From: Lama glama
Lineage: Eukaryota
NCBI GenBank assembly: GCA_028534125.1
Contig: CM052818.1
Span: forward strand, 36,768,001-36,832,000
Direction: 5' to 3'
DNA: 64,000 bases
The position numbers and the translations under genes were made by a program. The notes under the pieces are model-generated. The model was not told where the DNA came from, ran no database searches, and saw only the letters and a list, made by a program, of their open reading frames with translations. This document shows, in pieces, positions 62,629 through 64,000 of this stretch (positions are counted from its first letter, which is position 1; each line of letters starts with the position of its first letter).

Positions 62629-63644
62629 AGCACTGATTAATTAAGTTAGAGTAAGAGCACCCCTGGCTCTCTGATGATAGCATGACTGAACAGGCTGATC
62701 GGAGTGGGCGTGAATTGAATGCCAGCTTTGATTGGATGAGAATAATAGGTCCTTCCTCTCTCTCTCTCCATTCTCTTTTCAAACATTTCTCCTTCCCTCC
62801 TTCACTAAAGGATTTTCTCCACATTCTTCTGGAGGCTCTGACCCAGAGATGAAGTGGACATGGCCTTCATCCTCAAGGAGCTAGGTTTCATTGAGGGCAA
62901 AGCAGGGTGGAGAGGAGAGGGGGAAAGGATGAGACTGAACGTAACTCACTGGGCACAGAGTGTCCTGGGGATTCTGGCAAAACAGATCCTCTTTGTGTCG
63001 AGGAACATCTTTTGTTACAGCAAATACTGTTTTATTTCTTCTTATATGAATTCAACAGACGGTTACTGTGTGTGGTGCTGAGGATACAGAGATGAATAAG
63101 AGTGTGTCCCCATGGGCTGGGTGGGGCACGTGATGCGACTCTGCTTGCTCAGTGGGGTAGGGGCTGGAGGCTGAGGGAGGCCCTCAGGGTGCTGCAGGGG
63201 GCGGGAGAGGGATGGGAGTGGTGGTGGGGTGGGGTGGGGTGGTGAGGGGTGGTGGGGGTGAAGCTTCCTGTGCAGTCCCTGTTGGAAAGATGAGAGTGCT
63301 CTTGGCAAAGCAGCCCGGAGACCTTGCAGAAGGCTCAGTTTGGGGCAGGACACACAGCTTTCCTGGCCGGTTACTGACCTAACCAAGGCAGAGGGCAGTT
63401 TGGTGGCCTCCCCTCCTCCCAGTCTGGGGATCCGCTGTGAACTCCGGCCTGGGAGCGGCCTGAGGCTGGAGGGGCTCCTCTGCTGTGGCATAAACTTTCC
63501 TCTGGCACAAGTGGGGGGCCCTGCTCCCTAAAGTGAGGAGGTCACCACTTCCACTTGGGAGAGGAGGACAGGCCCTGTGGTCCCTGCGGGAGAGTCTGCA
63601 CAGCCTGGAAGGCCCTCTGGGCGGACGCCGGGCTCTGTGCGGGA

Positions 63645-63668
63645 TGTTCGCCACTAGAGGGAGTGCTG
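63645..63668 (+). promoter_or_regulatory. Candidate CTCF binding site
   Basis: CCACTAGAGGGAG at 63651-63663 has one mismatch to CCASYAGRKGGCR and lies in a locally CpG-richer patch. Confidence 0.55.
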
Positions 63669-64000
63669 TGTCATTTTCTGTCACCAGCGCTGGGTTCCCA
63701 GGCCTGGAGTCCGGGTGGGCGGCAGCCAGGGCTTGGAGGTTCCTGGGAAACTCCCTCCTTTGCCCTTTACCATTGAAAGATGTCTCAGAAGCAGCTGGAC
63801 TCAAGCATCCTTAGTGCTGTTTGTCAGGAATTTGCAGAGCCCTTGAGTCCGGGGTACAGTCTCAGGCCTGCTGCAAACCCTGGGGCTTCTGTGGCCAGGA
63901 TTCTGGGAGCCCAGAGAAGCTGTCCTGTGCTCCCAGGACCCGAAGACCTGAGAAAACGCCTCAGTTCGTTCCTCTGTGGGGAGTCTGGTCTGGCCCTCAG

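Overview
Mammalian genomic DNA, probably a cetartiodactyl and tentatively a camelid (young artiodactyl-type L1 3' ends, no lineage-specific SINEs seen). I found no credible protein-coding exon. The centre is a large CpG-island promoter (~31.8-34.4 kb) with CCAAT and GC boxes and a GC-rich non-coding first exon on the minus strand (~33,810 to the donor at 33,202). From memory this exon matches the 5' UTR of KLHL29, which needs a BLAST check. If so, bases 1-33,201 are intron 1 and ~34-64 kb is repeat-rich upstream intergenic DNA (MIR, L2, L3/CR1, old L1M, MaLR/ERVL LTRs, Tigger and hAT elements). I cannot support a new biological system. The best leads are an exact 67-bp dispersed duplication resembling a templated insertion, a CpG-retaining 81-bp dyad in intron 1, two uORFs in exon 1, a possible spliced divergent transcript, a triplicated ZNF143-type motif in an LTR, and a CTCF-like site. 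Repeat family names are by eye and their boundaries are approximate.
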